Assembly (NCBI GenBank): GCA_008632985.1
Contig: QPGO01000096.1
Coordinates: 62,001-126,000 of the forward strand
Direction of reading: 5' to 3'
Length of the DNA stretch: 64,000 nucleotides
From: Psammoneis japonica
Lineage: Eukaryota
The translations under genes and the position numbers were made by a program. This document shows positions 1 to 13,185 of this stretch, in pieces (the stretch's first letter is position 1; each line of letters opens with the position of its first letter). The notes below the pieces were generated by a model, which saw only the letters and a list, made by a program, of their open reading frames with translations, was not told where the DNA came from and ran no database searches.

Positions 1-960
1 AACAATCCACCCGGCATTGGATGCTGGGCTTGGGCATGACTTTCTTGAGGGGAAGGTGTGAGCGATGCTGTGCATCATCACAGCAGCATGTTGGCCAGCC
101 ACCCTGCATGAGGCCAGCAATTGGGCGCCAGGACAGTCCACACCAAACAATGATGCCATCTGGAAGACAATGATGAAAATCACTGTCCAAGAGCAGCTTT
201 GCTCAAGGATGTTGCACAAGAGATGTTGCCAAACTGGATCCAGAGGGTGGCAACCAAGCAATCCTCACTGGCAATGTCAACAAGGAGTGTGTTTGCTCTG
301 AAGAAACCACCAAGGCATTTGAAGGAGCAGTGCAGCCAAAATTTTTTTGTCAGAGAGATGCAGCAAAGACACACTCCTTGCCATGTGAGCTGCAGGATCA
401 GAGCCCATCAATGAAGTGTGGCCACAAGAGGCATTGCCGTCAAACAAGGCAGCTTTCTCCCAATCATCAATGGAGTCAGAGGGTCAGAAAACTGTGCAGC
501 CTGCTGGATTGACATTTCTTGCCAGACTGCTTTTGGCACTCTGCCACCTGAAGTGGAAAGTGACCCAGCCCCGTGCACAAAACTCAACAATCTGAAAGTT
601 GTGGACAGATTGCCTTCAACAAGCTTCACAAGGAACGTGCACTGGAGCACAATCTCTCCACAGCATCAGGGACAAAAAACAAGTGTGACCTGTCCTCCAA
701 CCAAGCCACAGACCAACAAGTGGGAAGCACTCAACTGTTGTCAAGCAGACAGTGTGTGGAAAGCCATTGGCAAATCCAGAAAATTGTGAATGGGTGGAAG
801 GCCATGGTCTCCCAAACTCAAACATGCACCCAAGAGAATTGATCTGCATCTGCCTCTTGCCAGGAAGAAGCCAGCATCAGCTCCAGCAGAGCATGCACAT
901 TTTGTTGGGGTGGTTCTGGTGTGTTTGACTGTGCAAGGGGGGGTGGAGACAGTGACAATT
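1..960 (+). mobile_element. Decayed non-LTR retrotransposon, APE-endonuclease region (copy 1)
   Basis: Degenerate diatom-LINE motifs in order: G.G(R)WAW, AA(Y)(R)P read as AACWP at 83-97, GSEPI..WATRGI, WIDIS(Y)QTAFG..PP, KL...KVVDR and RKL(R)MGGRPWSP. Broken by frameshifts and stops. Confidence 0.7.
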
Positions 961-2749
961 TTTTTGCCACAGATGGATGGCTGGCTGCTGCAATTGTTCA
1001 CAAGCTGAATCATGCTGCAGCACTTCATCATTCTTTCATGTGCACGAGACTTCAAAGGTGCCAACAGAGACAGAGGCTCCCAAAATGACATTTGTGGCAA
1101 GCATCTGTCAGATGGTCTCACCCCATTGGGCATCATGTGCATCAACATGGGATGGCTCAGGAGCATGTCCAAAAGGTTGGAGATTGCCATGACCAGCTCA
1201 GCAATGTCAAATTCATCCATGATGCACATGTCAAACCCAAAATGCCACAAGCCCAATTGTCTTGTGTTGCAGCACAATTTGGAGTGTGCAAGACTGCAGA
1301 GACATCAAAAGAGACAGCCCCCCCAAGATGGCAGCATTTCCTGCAAGCATCTGTTGGATGGTCTCAGGTGAGCATGACATTGCCAAAACCAGCACACCAA
1401 CAACATGGGATGATCCAGTGTGTCCAAACAAAGGTGCAAGATTGCCATGACCAGTGGCGAGGCGGGCAACTCAAAATCCATTTGGTTGTCATGCCATTGT
1501 GCATCGTGTGTTGCGCCATTGTTTGTGATGGCATGTTTTTGTGGAGAGCATGAAAAAGAACCAACCAATGGTGGCATGTGTGCCTTCATGAACCAAGGAC
1601 AAGTGCCAGCCCAAAAACCAAAAACATGGTGAAGGCAGAGAGCACCTGCATTTTAGAAACCTTGATTGTGACAAGAGATGCGCCAAAGTGCTTGCCCCAT
1701 GTGGAGCCACCTGGTGTGAACCTTTGATTGATGAAACATGAGGTGGATGCACAGATGGCTGGTGTCAACAGGGCAACAGTTGGAGGAACAGGCCACTGCC
1801 ACTGACGCAGGAGATGGCTTTGAGGAGGAGAGAGCAGTTTTGGTGGGGTCTGTTTGACAAGCACTGTTGCTGACAGCCAACACATCTCCAGCAAAAGTGT
1901 TTGCATCATCATTCAGTGATGGGACAGAGTGATGGAATTGTGCTGCAGGCATGACTGATCAAGAGGAGCTGTGGGAGAAGCTGTTGCTGCAGAAGGAGAA
2001 AAGTGGGATGAAAGATTGTGACACAAAACACACCCAACACATGTTCAACATGGCCGTCAACTTGATTCATCTTGCAGCCCCTGCTCAATCCTGTCATGTG
2101 CATCAATTGACACACTTGATGCCAACTTAAAAGACAAGTTTGAGAACTCAGATTGGCAGCTCATTTGTTCTTCAGCTGAAGAAGCATTTGGCATCACACA
2201 GCCAGGTGATTCTTCACCTCAGAAAGAGGACAAACAGAGCTTGCATGGTGCCATCAGAGAAACAAACTCATGAAGTTCAAATCTTTTGTTTTGCAGCATG
2301 CATCCATGATGCTGGCCAACATGGTGAGCCTGTTCACTGGCCTCTGCTGGTGTGTGGCAGCACAGTGCTGTTCATGCTCACCTGGGAAGCATGATCCAAG
2401 GAGGACGTGGCTCTTTGACTTGGGCAAGTTCAGAGGAACAATGCCCAGAGCATCCATGCATGCAGCACTTGCCCCGATTGTCTGCCCCCCAATGGCAGTG
2501 CAGCCTGTTGCAATGACATCACTCATGGCAGATGTTGCATGACAGCCTGATTTGCATGGATGATCCATGATGTGTGCAGTGAAAGTTTTGATGCAATGCA
2601 AAATGCATCCAAAGGAGTTGAGATTTGACCAGATTCTGCATTTGCACAGCTCCATTTTTTCTGGAGCAAACTGGCTCACAATTTTCACAACAGCACTTTT
2701 GGAGTGCATCTGCACTTTCATTGTGTCTGTTGGGTGTGCAGGTCAGTTT

Positions 2750-4450
2750 TTTCTAAAGGGCATTGCAGTCAGCCACTTTAGAATTGTGAGACAGCTTGGG
2801 CAAACCCCCATGAAGGCTTTGTTGGCAGCGTTCTTCTGTGAGCACTCCACCATTTTTGCAGAACACTGAGACAGGAGAGTGCTTCCAATGGGAAACTTTT
2901 TGGCAGGGACAGCAACTGTTTTCTTGATGGTCAAATGAACAACATTGTCATGATTGGGATGCAAACTCACAATGGCTGACAGTGCCTTGCATGCCTTGGC
3001 AGCAATGTGTGCTTCCGAGTGTTCTGACATGGCAAACAAAAAGGAAATCAAAGCAGCTTCATCAAATTCTGCAGAGCAAAATGTTCCATTGTCAGCACTT
3101 GCCATCTTGCAATTGGCACCAAACAATGATGGCATGCCTTGAGTGCAATGAAGGTGTTGAGGATGGCACATTGCTTGGCTCAGCTGGCGCAGACTGGTTG
3201 ATGGGATGCCAGTGGGTGCAGAACTTGGGACAGCTGATGGGACTGTTGAAGGCACCACAAATGGTTGTGCAAATGGACTGTTTGAAAGAGCTTTGCTGGG
3301 TGCCAAACTTGGGTGACCCAAAAGGATGGGCTTGGCTCTCAACCTTTTTGAATGAAACAAAGCAAAACAGAGATTTCCATGGGTCTTTGTGACTTGTCTG
3401 ATTTGCAACCCATTGTTTGTTCTCTCACATGTTGTGCCCACTGCAAACAATGGATTCTAGAATGCATCTGTGAAAGCACCCTCCAATGCTCCAGCATGAG
3501 GACCAACATGGGCACTGATGCCTCAAGGTTGCTGACAGAGCAGTTGAAGGAAGAGTGGGAGTGCTTGGCAGAGCATGGAGCTGTGCTTGAGCCATGGCTG
3601 GTGAAGCACTGCACTGCCACTCAGAGTTGCACTGGGTGGCATCACTTGGTGCAGGAATGTGACTTGATGGTTGTGTCACTTGAGCTGGGAGGATTGGAGC
3701 CAGTGTTTGAGTCAGCAGGCAGGTGTGTCATTGGATTTAGCACAGGAGGAGAATTTGGCAATGGACTCAGGTCTTGAGCAGAAGAAGGCAATGAAGGTGA
3801 AGAAACCAGCCAGTCTGATTTAGAACGGGCAAAGGCATTGGGTCTGGTGCAAGATGTGACAATGGCAACAAGTGAGAAACAGCAGGCATCAACATGTGCA
3901 AAACTCTGCTTTCTCATGCTGCAGCAATTTTGAACATGTGCACATCAAGTTTGCAGACAATTGGCAGCAATGGAGCCAAACATGGACTAAAGTCTGGCAG
4001 TGCTGGACTGCCATTTGGAGTTGCACTCAACATGCCACCTTGGCAGCACAAGAGTGTGACTCGGTGGTTGTGCAGTGTGATGGTTGGTGGTTGTGGTGCT
4101 TGGAGCCAGACTTGCACTCAGTGACTGCCAAGGTGTTTGTTTTGGATGCTTCAGTGGCTTGTGGGGATGATGCTGGGGCAGGACCAGGCACAAGATTGGT
4201 GATCACCAGATTTGGCATGGCCAATGTCATCATTGGTGGAGTTGGTTTGGACATGGAATTTTGTGCACAGGATGCACCAGGACAAGGATTTGGCTGCAGA
4301 CTCAGACTCAAGTTGGCGGCAGTTGGTGGGAGGCAATGGAGGAGGAGCAGGTGTCCCAGCCCAATGTGGAGCAAGCAAAGGTGTTGGGCTTGATGTGAGT
4401 CTGAGCATGGGCAGCCCTGTGTGCATTTCAACCTTCAAAAATGACAATGA
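2750..4450 (-). pseudogene. Decayed Pro/Ser-rich host-like ORF (PSxxPS stalk typical of diatom secreted or cell-surface proteins); partial second copy at ~9380-10690
   Basis: Minus-strand translations PSTVPSAVPSSAPTGIPSTS, SSPSLPSSAQDLSPLPNSPP and PGPAPASSPQATEAS are spread over several frames. Confidence 0.4.
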
Positions 4451-4899
4451 ACAAGAAATGCACATCAGCCTTTTTTTCAAAACCTCATTCAAAACCTCAC
4501 TTTTTTATGCTGTCAAACTTGCAATGGGCTGCCACCGCTCAGAAACACATTGGGCATGTCACCAAATGCAGAACTGCAACTCAATGGTCATGTCATTTGA
4601 TTGGCGCATCACTCAGAGCAGGGCTTGCACTCAGTGCATTCTGCCTTGGTGATCTGTTGGATGAGGACACTGCTTGATGGGTTGTCTGCTCACACCATTG
4701 TTGCAAACAATGATTCCAGCTCTCCAAAATCCAAAATTTGTTTGGCAGAGCTAGAGATGAATAAAAAATGGCAAGAACCAGGCAAGCCCTGCTGCAATGT
4801 TTGCACCAATTGTGCAAGAATGGAACTCAATTTATTGTCATTTCCCCATTTTTACAAATTTGAACTGCTCTGCCCCAGACAAGCACCATCCAGCCAGCA

Positions 4900-5800
4900 A
4901 TTTGCCAAGAAACCTCCAAGGAAGTTAAGCCAACCATTCTGGAGAGTGCAAAGATGTCTCAAACAAACAAAATGTTTGGGCCATCCTTGATGCTCTTCCA
5001 GACAAGAAAGCAAGAGCCACAGCCATGAAAAAGCACCCAAATGGGTCCGTGGCTCTCTGTCCATCCTTCCATCATGAACAGCACAGAACCACCATCCAGC
5101 AAATAATTTTGCAATGCCCTTTGCATGCACCATGCTGCAAGCCACCCCACCACAGGAGTGTGATGGATGTGGGAGCAATTTTCCATGCAGCGCATGCACT
5201 GGAATGTAGGAAAGGTGGCTCAGTCATCTCTTGACATGACAAGGTGGTCCAATGCAAGTGGCTGGCTCTGACCTTTTCAACAAATCCACCAAGCCCTCTT
5301 CAGCACATCATGACAAAGCTTCAATCAACCCCAGTCACAACTCAAGGAGCTCAGTGGATGATGCCAAGAAGAGCAGGCAAGCCCAAGTCACTGAGAACCT
5401 CTGCAAGTCCAAAGACGGTGACAGAGGCAATGTTCTGGTGTGCATGGCTGTTTTTAAAGATTGACAGATGCTGCATTGTTTGGTGTTTAAGTTGTGGACA
5501 CAGATGCAAAATTGTGTGGCTTGAAGGATCCAGTCCCGGGAGCCCACAAAAAGGAGAAAGAGTGCAAGCACCTCAAACAAGGCATGCCTTGAACAACACC
5601 ATCTCACTTTGCCCTTTTGTGGCATGCTGCAATGGGCCCATCCAGTCAGATGAGTTGATGCCATCCCATGTGGGAACATGATGGTGCCAGCTCATCACTT
5701 CAAATCCATCAAATCAAATGCAGCCATCAACAAGCAGCTGCTGGATGGCAATGATGAGCATGAAAGCATTGCCAACAAGTCTGCCAAAACAACATTCAAG
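4900..5800 (+). mobile_element. Decayed CRE-like non-LTR retrotransposon 3' end (zinc knuckle plus restriction-like endonuclease), copy 1
   Basis: CDGCG..FS..HALECRKGGSVI.(R)HD (5160-5245), DRGNVLV (~5420), then KK..KHL..C..HF.PFVA across frameshifts. Confidence 0.7.
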
Positions 5801-6049
5801 TCAATGCCACGGTGCACCATGAGGTCTCTTGAACACACAAGCTCAAACATTTAACAGAAGAAGACAAGAAAGGAGGAGCAACTCAAGGAAGTGCACATCT
5901 GTGGAGCAACTCTTCTGTCCTCACCAACATGAAATCTGGTGAAAACTGCGGTGATCTGTGCACCACCAACAAACATGAGACAACATTGCACGGCCTTTCA
6001 AAACATCAATGGATTTGCCAACTTTGAAAAAGACCACATGAAGAAGGAG

Positions 6050-7260
6050 AGAGCATTTTCAGAGGAAGTGTTCAAGAAAAGAGCATCAATGTGATGTGTT
6101 TTGCATGAACAAAACTGGCTGGTTCTGGAGAGCCACACCACTTGAGACCAATGACCACTGGCTCAATTCTGTGGGTTCTGGGAACTGCCACCCAACACCT
6201 CTGCTGCCTGCAACATGCATGACAAGCACTCCAGGAGGCGCGGTGATCATCAGAGGTGTGCACAAATCATCTGTTGTCACTCGCACATGGGCATTTGCAC
6301 ACTCAGCACGCACATGCAATCATGGCTGCTGAGCAAGCTGGCCACCAAGTCATCTCCGAAGGCAACAGTCCATCTGGTCCAGGGTGCTGCTGAATGGACT
6401 TGGACGTGAGATTTCAAGGAAAGGTGTGAGAGCCGCACTGTGCATGGTGATGGCATGTTGACCCTCCTGCATGGGTGCAAGTTGGGCATGCCAGGGCAGT
6501 CCACATGCAATGCTGGTGCCATCTGCAAGATGAGAACAATGGTCATTGTCTGAGAGCAGCTTGGCTTGAGGACCTTGCACCAGATGTTGCAAGCTGGATC
6601 CAGGGTGACAACACAAAGAAATTCTTGCTGGCAATGTCAACAGGTGTGTTCACTCTTAAAAAAACAACACCAAGGCTTTTGAAGAGTGCAAGGAGCAGCA
6701 CAACCAAGAAATCTTTTGTTTGAGAGACATGGCAAAGACACACTCCCTGCCATGTGCTTTCCAGGATCAGAGCCATTCAAACTGTGGGCCACAAGAGGCA
6801 CTGCCTTGTGACAAGGTGGCTTCTTTTCCCCAGCTGTTGATGGAGAGTCAAAGGGTTGGACAACCACATGGCCTGCTGGATTGACATTTTTTTCTGGGCC
6901 ACTTTTGGCAAGTCTGCCACCTGAAATGGAATGTCGCCCAGCCCGATGCACAAAACTCAATTGTGATCCAAAAACCACATGGACAGATTTGACAAGCTTT
7001 GCAAGAGGAGCGCAATTGGAGCAGCCACAATCTCCCCACTGCAGCATGATCAACAAAAAACAAGCAACCCCTGTCCTCCAACCAAGCCACAGACCAATGA
7101 GTGGAGCGCCACCAACTCTCTTTGAGCAGAGGCAGTGATGTGTGGAGAGCCAGCTGCAAATGCAGGAAATTGTGATTGGCTGAAGGCCATGTTCTCATCC
7201 CAAACTCAAACATGCATCCAAGAGAATCAATCTGCTTCTCTCACTGGGAAGTTGGCATCA
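6050..7260 (+). mobile_element. Decayed non-LTR retrotransposon, APE-endonuclease region (copy 2)
   Basis: WTWT(R)FQGK, MA(Y)(R)P read as gca tgt tga ccc at 6453-6464, GSEP...WATRG, CWIDI, LPPE..RPAR.TKL.CDPK; aligns with 1-960. Confidence 0.7.
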
Positions 7261-10200
7261 GCTCCAGAGCACACACATTCTGTTGGGCTGAGAGGCTCTG
7301 GTGTGCATGACTGAACAAGGGGTGGAGGCAGCGATGCCATTTTTTTGCCACAGGTGGTGGATGGCTGGCTGCTGTGATTGCATGCAAGCCAAATCACTCC
7401 ACACTGCATTTTGCACATGCAAGACTCCAGAGGTGCCAACAGAGACAGGCCCCAAAAATGACATTCACACTGCAAGCATCTGTCAAAGGGTTCCACCCTG
7501 TTGGGCATGTGCATCAACATGGGGGATGGCCCAGCATGTCCAAAAGGTGTGAAGATTGCCATGACCAGCTTGGCAATGTGCAAATTGACTGGTTCTTGCC
7601 AGGTGTCCAAATTGGTGTCCATGATGTGCATGTCAAACCCAAAGTGCCATGAGCCAAGTGTTGCATTTGGCATGTGCAAGACTGCAGAGACTTCAACAGA
7701 GACAGCCCCCCAAGATGGCATTTGCTGCAAGCATCCATTGGATGGTCTCACCCCCACTCCCCCCCAAGCAGCCCAACATTGCCAAAACCAGTGTGTTGAT
7801 GCAATCATTGATGCATCAGAAGTGTTTGTTGTTGTTCAGTGATGTGACAGTGAATGGAGCTGTGCTGTGGACATGGCCAATCAAGAGGGGCTGCAGGAAG
7901 TTGTTGCTGCAGAAGGAGAAAAGTGGGACAAAACATGCTCAACATGATCACCAGCTTGGTTTGTCTCACAGCCTCTGCTCTCAACCCTGATGTGTGCATT
8001 GATCAACACGCTCATCAACACCACAACTTCAAAGACAAGTTCAAGAACTCTGATTGGTGAAAACTTTGTTCTTCAGCTGAAAAAGCATTCAGAATCATGA
8101 TGTGGCCAGGTGGCTCTTAACCTCAAAAAGAGAACAAACAGAGCTTGGTGCCATCAAAGAAACAAACTCACAATTTTCAAATCTTTTGTTTCTTTCCAGA
8201 GGGCGTTGCACCAGCCAGCTGCTTCACAATTGAGAGAGCTCAGACAAACCCCCATGGAGGCTTTTGGCAGAACACTTGAAGCTCCCTGACAACAAGCCAA
8301 CATGACAAATCCATGACAATGTGCAGGCAATCAGTGCTGAGCCAGTTCAGCACACATCAATGACAAGCCTTGGGGCATGCTCCAATGATGAATGCCCCAG
8401 TGTGGACCCACCCCCCATCTGAAAGAAAGAGAGTGAAGCAGCAGTGCAAAAACTGAAACGATGGCATCAAAGCACGTGGCAACATTGCAAGCACTGTGAC
8501 TGTCATTGCAGTCCACTGACACACACACAGAATGTCTTGTGAGCAGTCAAAGATTGCTTTCTTGTGATGTTGGTCTTTCCACTTCTGTTGAAAATTTTGC
8601 AAAGAGTGTTTCAAAAATTTGAAGCACATCAGCATCGAAAGTTGACAGAAATCAAGAGTGCCATCAAAAGATGGGGCTCAAGCTTTCACAAGCTTTTGGA
8701 GTGAAGTGTCACTCAAAACATGGAAAAGGGGGTGGAGTTGATGCACCCTCCCTTTTTGCAGCCTCCACCAATGTCTGAGAAAGAGGGTGTCTGCCAGAAG
8801 GAGCCTCCATCAATTCAAAAAAATTTTCCAGTGTCAGAAGCGAGATTCAAAAAGAAGATGAAATGCATTGCTCACACACACACACCAACAATGAAAGAAA
8901 GAAACTCAAATTTGCTCCCACACATGGCTGTTGCCAGCTTTGTCCAGCTGAGCCACTTGAGTTGTGTCACATCAGTGTTGATGCTTCCAGCACCTGGCAT
9001 GATCACCACATCATTGGCAGCAATCACACCTCCTCTCAATTGGAGCCCATGACACACTGCACACAACAATCCAGCAATGTGCCATCTCCTTCAGTGCCAA
9101 TGAGACCAATGGCCAGTGGCTTCCTTGTGACTCCAGTCTTTTTTGTGCTCCACTCATTGAGCAAGGGAAGAGCCTCTGGAGCATGCCATTGTGAAGAAAC
9201 AATTGATGGTTGGCCCCGCAAGGCTTCACCCACCAGGGAACTTCATTGACTGTTGAGGCTCCCTCCACCCCACAACATTGGCACTGATCTTGCCCCACTC
9301 ATGTGTGCTGACAGAGTGCTTCCCATGGCAACCTTGTTGTTGGTGGGGACAGCAGCTGTTTGCTTGGTGGTCAGATGAATGACATTGCCGTGATTGGCTG
9401 TGCAAACTCACAATGGCCAACAGTCAAGCAAAACAGAGCTTTCCTCCTTGGCCCCACAAAAGGGCTGCAAAAACAACATGAGTCTCTGACGGGAACATGG
9501 GTCTTCATGTCTCTGACCTGCAACCATCATTTGTTCTCTCACATGCTGCATGCACCCACTGCAAAAAAAAAATGAACTCTAGAACACAACTGTGAAAGCA
9601 GTCACCCACACTCCAACATGAGGACCAACATTGGCGCCAATGCCTCAAGTGGGTTGTTGCTGATGGAGCAGTTTGGGGAGGAGTGGCAGGGCTTCTTCTT
9701 GACAGAGCATGGAGCTGTGCTTGAGCCATGGCTGACAGGGACTGTGCTGCCACTCAGTGGGAGATGCACTGGGCAGCATCACTCAGCTCAGGAGTGTGAC
9801 TTGCTGGTGGTTGTGTTTTTTGAGTTGGGGCTCCTGGAGCCAGTGTTGGAGAGTTGGGTGTGTCGTTGGTGGAATCAGCACAGGAGGAGAGCTTGGGGCT
9901 GCAGCCAGTGCTGGAGAGTTGGGTGTGTCATTGGTGGATTCAGCACAGGAGGAGAGCTTGGCAATGCTGGGCTCAGGTCTTGAACAGGAGAAGGCAGTCA
10001 AGGCAGAGAAATTGGCCGGTCTGACTCAGAACAGGCCAAAGCATCAGGTCTGGTGCAGAATGCAATGATGGCAACAAGTGAGAAAAACAGGTGTCATCAT
10101 GTGGTGTGCAAAACTTCACTTTCTCATGCTGATGATTTTTGAATGCACACACAAAAAGTTTGCAGACAATTAGAAGCAATGGAGCTGAACACAGACTGGA

Positions 10201-11369
10201 GTCTGGCACTGGACTGCACCACTTGCAATCCTGCTGGATGTGTCACTCAGCACAAGACTGTGGCTCAGCACTGGTTGTGCAGTGTGAGTTGGTGCAGTGC
10301 GCTTGGAGCCAGACTCATGCTTGGTGGCTGCCAAGGTGCTTGCCTCAGATGCTTCAGTGGGGTGTGCAGATCATGATGTTGGGACAGGACGAGGCACAAG
10401 ATTGGTCATCAGATTTGGCATTGCCAGCATCATTCAACATTGACAGAGTGGGTTCCAGCATCAGATTTTGTGCAGGATGCAGGACAAGGACAAGGATTTG
10501 ACTGTGGACTTGGCTCAGACTTGGGTCAGTGGCATTGGGAGGTGATGGAGAAGGAGCAGGTGTGCCAGTCCAATTCAGAGGAGCAGGCAAATGTGCTGGG
10601 CTTGATGCAAGTCTTGGGGTGGGCAGTCCTGTGGGCATTTCAACAACCATTGAAAATGACAAGCAAGAAACACATGACAGCCTCTTCTTCAAAACCTTGC
10701 TTTTTTGTGCTCAGTCAACTCACTGCTGTGGAGCTGCACTTGAGCCACAGCTCGGCACTGGGCTGTTGCTCAGAAGTGCATTGGGCATGTCACTAGATGC
10801 ATCACAGCAACTCAGTGGTCATGTCATTTGAATTGGTGAGTCACTCAGAGCAGGCCTTGCACTTGGTTGCTGCCAAGGCATTGGTGTTGGAGTGCCAGAC
10901 TCTAAGCTGGGAGCAGCAGAGGTGGCACTCAGTGTTCTGCTTTTGTGGTCAGCCCAACCAGGGCTGCTTGATGGGTTGTCCTGCTCATGCCATTGTCAAC
11001 AGAACAATGGCAGCACCAGTTCTCTGAAAATTTAAAATTTGTTTGGCAAAGCTTGAGACAAATGAAAAATGGAAAGAGCCAGGTGACAGAACATGACGAC
11101 ACTGCCCACAAACCCTGCTGTGATGTTTGTGACAATTGCACAATGACAATGGAGAGCTCTGCTGATCTTGCAGCCATCACAATTTAAAAAGCAAGATTTG
11201 GGTGTTGACAATGTTGTCATTGACTCAACTTGTTGTCATTTCCCCATTTTGACAAATCTGAGCTGCTCTGCCCCAGACAACTGTGAATTGAGCACCCTCA
11301 TGAAAACTCATGCAATTGACTTACTGTGCAGTGCCGTGTGCTGCAGTTTGAGTTGGTGGTTCACCGAGA

Positions 11370-12330
11370 AACCTCCAAGGAAGTCAAGTCAACCATTCTG
11401 GAGTGCAAGAATGTCACAAACAAACAAAAACTTTGTGCCATCCTTCATGCTCTGCAGGACGAGAAAGCCAGAGCCACATGAAGCACGCAAATGGGCACAT
11501 GGATGTGTGTCCATCCTTCCATTGTGAGTGGCACAGAGCCATCCAGCCAAGGATTCCATGATGCCCCTCATGTGCACTGCGCTGCAACACCTCCCAACCT
11601 GCCACATGAGTGTGATGAATGTGGGTGCAAATTTTCCATGCAGCATGCACTGGAATGTGAGAAAGGTGGCCCAACCATCTGTTGACATGAAGAGGTCAGA
11701 GACAAGCCGCCTGGAGAGTGCAAAACAACCTTTTTGGCAAATCCACCAAGCCCTTCTCAGCATGTGACAAACCTTTGGTCAACCTTGGTCACAACTGAAA
11801 GAGCTCAACAGATGATGCCAAAAAGCACAAGCAAGTCAGGGTCTCCAAGAACCTCCACAAGTCAAAAGAATGTGACAGAGGCAATGTTCTGGTGCGCGGC
11901 TGACACGGGCGCGCAAAATCACATCACCCAAGAGATCCAGAGAAAGTCCTCTGGAAGCCCACAAAAAGAAGAAAAAGTGCAAGCATCTCAAGGCATGCCT
12001 TGGACAATGCCACCACTTCACCCTTTTGTGGCATCCTGCAACAGACCAGTTGGAGAAGAGGCAAAGGCTGTTTTGCAGATGGCAACAGCCGCCAAGTTCT
12101 TGGAGAAATGGGGCAAAACAAGCCTTGTCTTCTGAGGTGCGTTGCTTCATCAGCACTCAAATGAGTGCTGCTGTCATGCTCACTGCTCACCTCTGCCTCC
12201 AAGGATTTCAAATTTTCAATGCTGTCCCATGTGTTGGGAAGGTGCCAGCTTGTCACTTCAAAACCATCAAATGTCATCAAATGCCCCCTCCCCATCACCA
12301 AGCAACTGCTGGACGTTGATGACATGAGTG
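11370..12330 (+). mobile_element. Decayed CRE-like non-LTR retrotransposon 3' end (zinc knuckle plus RLE), copy 2
   Basis: LPHECDECGCKFSMQHALECEKGG..I.(R)HEEVRD, DRGNVLVRG, PFVASCN.PVGEEAKAVLQ...KFLEKWGK and FIS.QMSAAV..TAHLCLQG, matching the RLE C-terminus (R.RMS.A.VR..HLCLRGSR). Confidence 0.8.
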
Positions 12331-13185
12331 TGTGTGCATCGCCAACAAGTCTGCCAAAACAACACTCAAATCATTGCCACAGCACACAAAGCACACAACA
12401 ACAACTGCCTTTTCTGCCTCAGGCAGCACAGCCCCAAGACCTGCACAAAATGCTGCCAACTCTGTCTGTGCTCTTCCTTGTGGCTGTCGTGTGCACACAA
12501 CATGCAAATTGGTTCCCTCAGTCTGTTCCTTTTTTGAGTGTGGCCAGTTGCCACTTTTTTTTTGCTTGAGTGCAGCTGAATGGCATGTGTTTTGCGTGAC
12601 TTTTCCCGAACTTCATTCACTGCGGTGCATGCTTCGCTGTGGTGAAAACAGCAAACCATGAGCAGTCTGTGACACAGGGGTGGTCCACATCCACCAACAC
12701 TCTCATTCATTTTATGTTCCTTGTGCATCAAAGCTCTTACATGCATGAAAAGTTTGTAGACGACAAGCTGCGTTTTTGAGAGAAATGTGCTTCGATCGCG
12801 GTGCCTGATGTTCTCGTTTTCGTGAGCGATCGGCGATCGGCGATCGGTTGTCGGTTGACTTTTTACTCCTGTTATTCAAATCCACAGTAATTTTAGGATG
12901 AACGCGGGGATGACCTCCCATAAATAGTTTTGATGTCCTACGACGAAATGCGTCCAATCTACAGGTTCTACGTAGCAACCGGAAAGTGCCTGGCCACCGT
13001 CCGGCATTTTCGCTCTCTTATGGCGCGCGCATAGTGGCAATCCTGAAATCTTTTTTTCTTTGCTCGTCCGCGATAGTTGTTCGTTGTTCATGCACTGTTG
13101 CAAACGAAAAGATCCTGTGCCGTCGGCTAACACAGTGCTTCACCGCGTCCATTCTAACAAGGAGAACCCTACAAACCAGCTAAGT

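Larger units (their letters stand above)
1..12400 (+). repeat. Diverged tandem segmental duplication, period ~5.9-6.5 kb (copy 1 ~1-5800, copy 2 ~6350-12400)
   Basis: Colinear matches: 181-300 vs 6545-6660, 800-850 vs 7200-7240, 2120-2290 vs 8025-8190, 3400-3900 vs 9510-10100, 4200-4500 vs 10400-10700 and 4900-5800 vs 11370-12370. Confidence 0.85.
1..12740. other. Hypermutated repeat domain A (CpG- and TpA-depleted, TpG/CpA-rich), a mosaic of decayed TEs and duplicated sequence
   Basis: Manual count of nt 1-600 gives 0 TpA and 5 CpG. ORF-track translations are Cys/His/Gln/Met-rich and almost lack Tyr. Normal composition resumes at ~12740-12800. Confidence 0.9.

Noticed and set aside
1..12740. 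Dozens of overlapping 60-230 aa Cys/His-rich ORFs (also in domains B-E), resembling metal-binding or toxin peptides
   Set aside because: Loss of TpA removes TAA/TAG stops and Tyr codons, and TG/CA excess inflates Cys, His, Met and Trp. The ORFs occur in all six frames and are by-products of decay.
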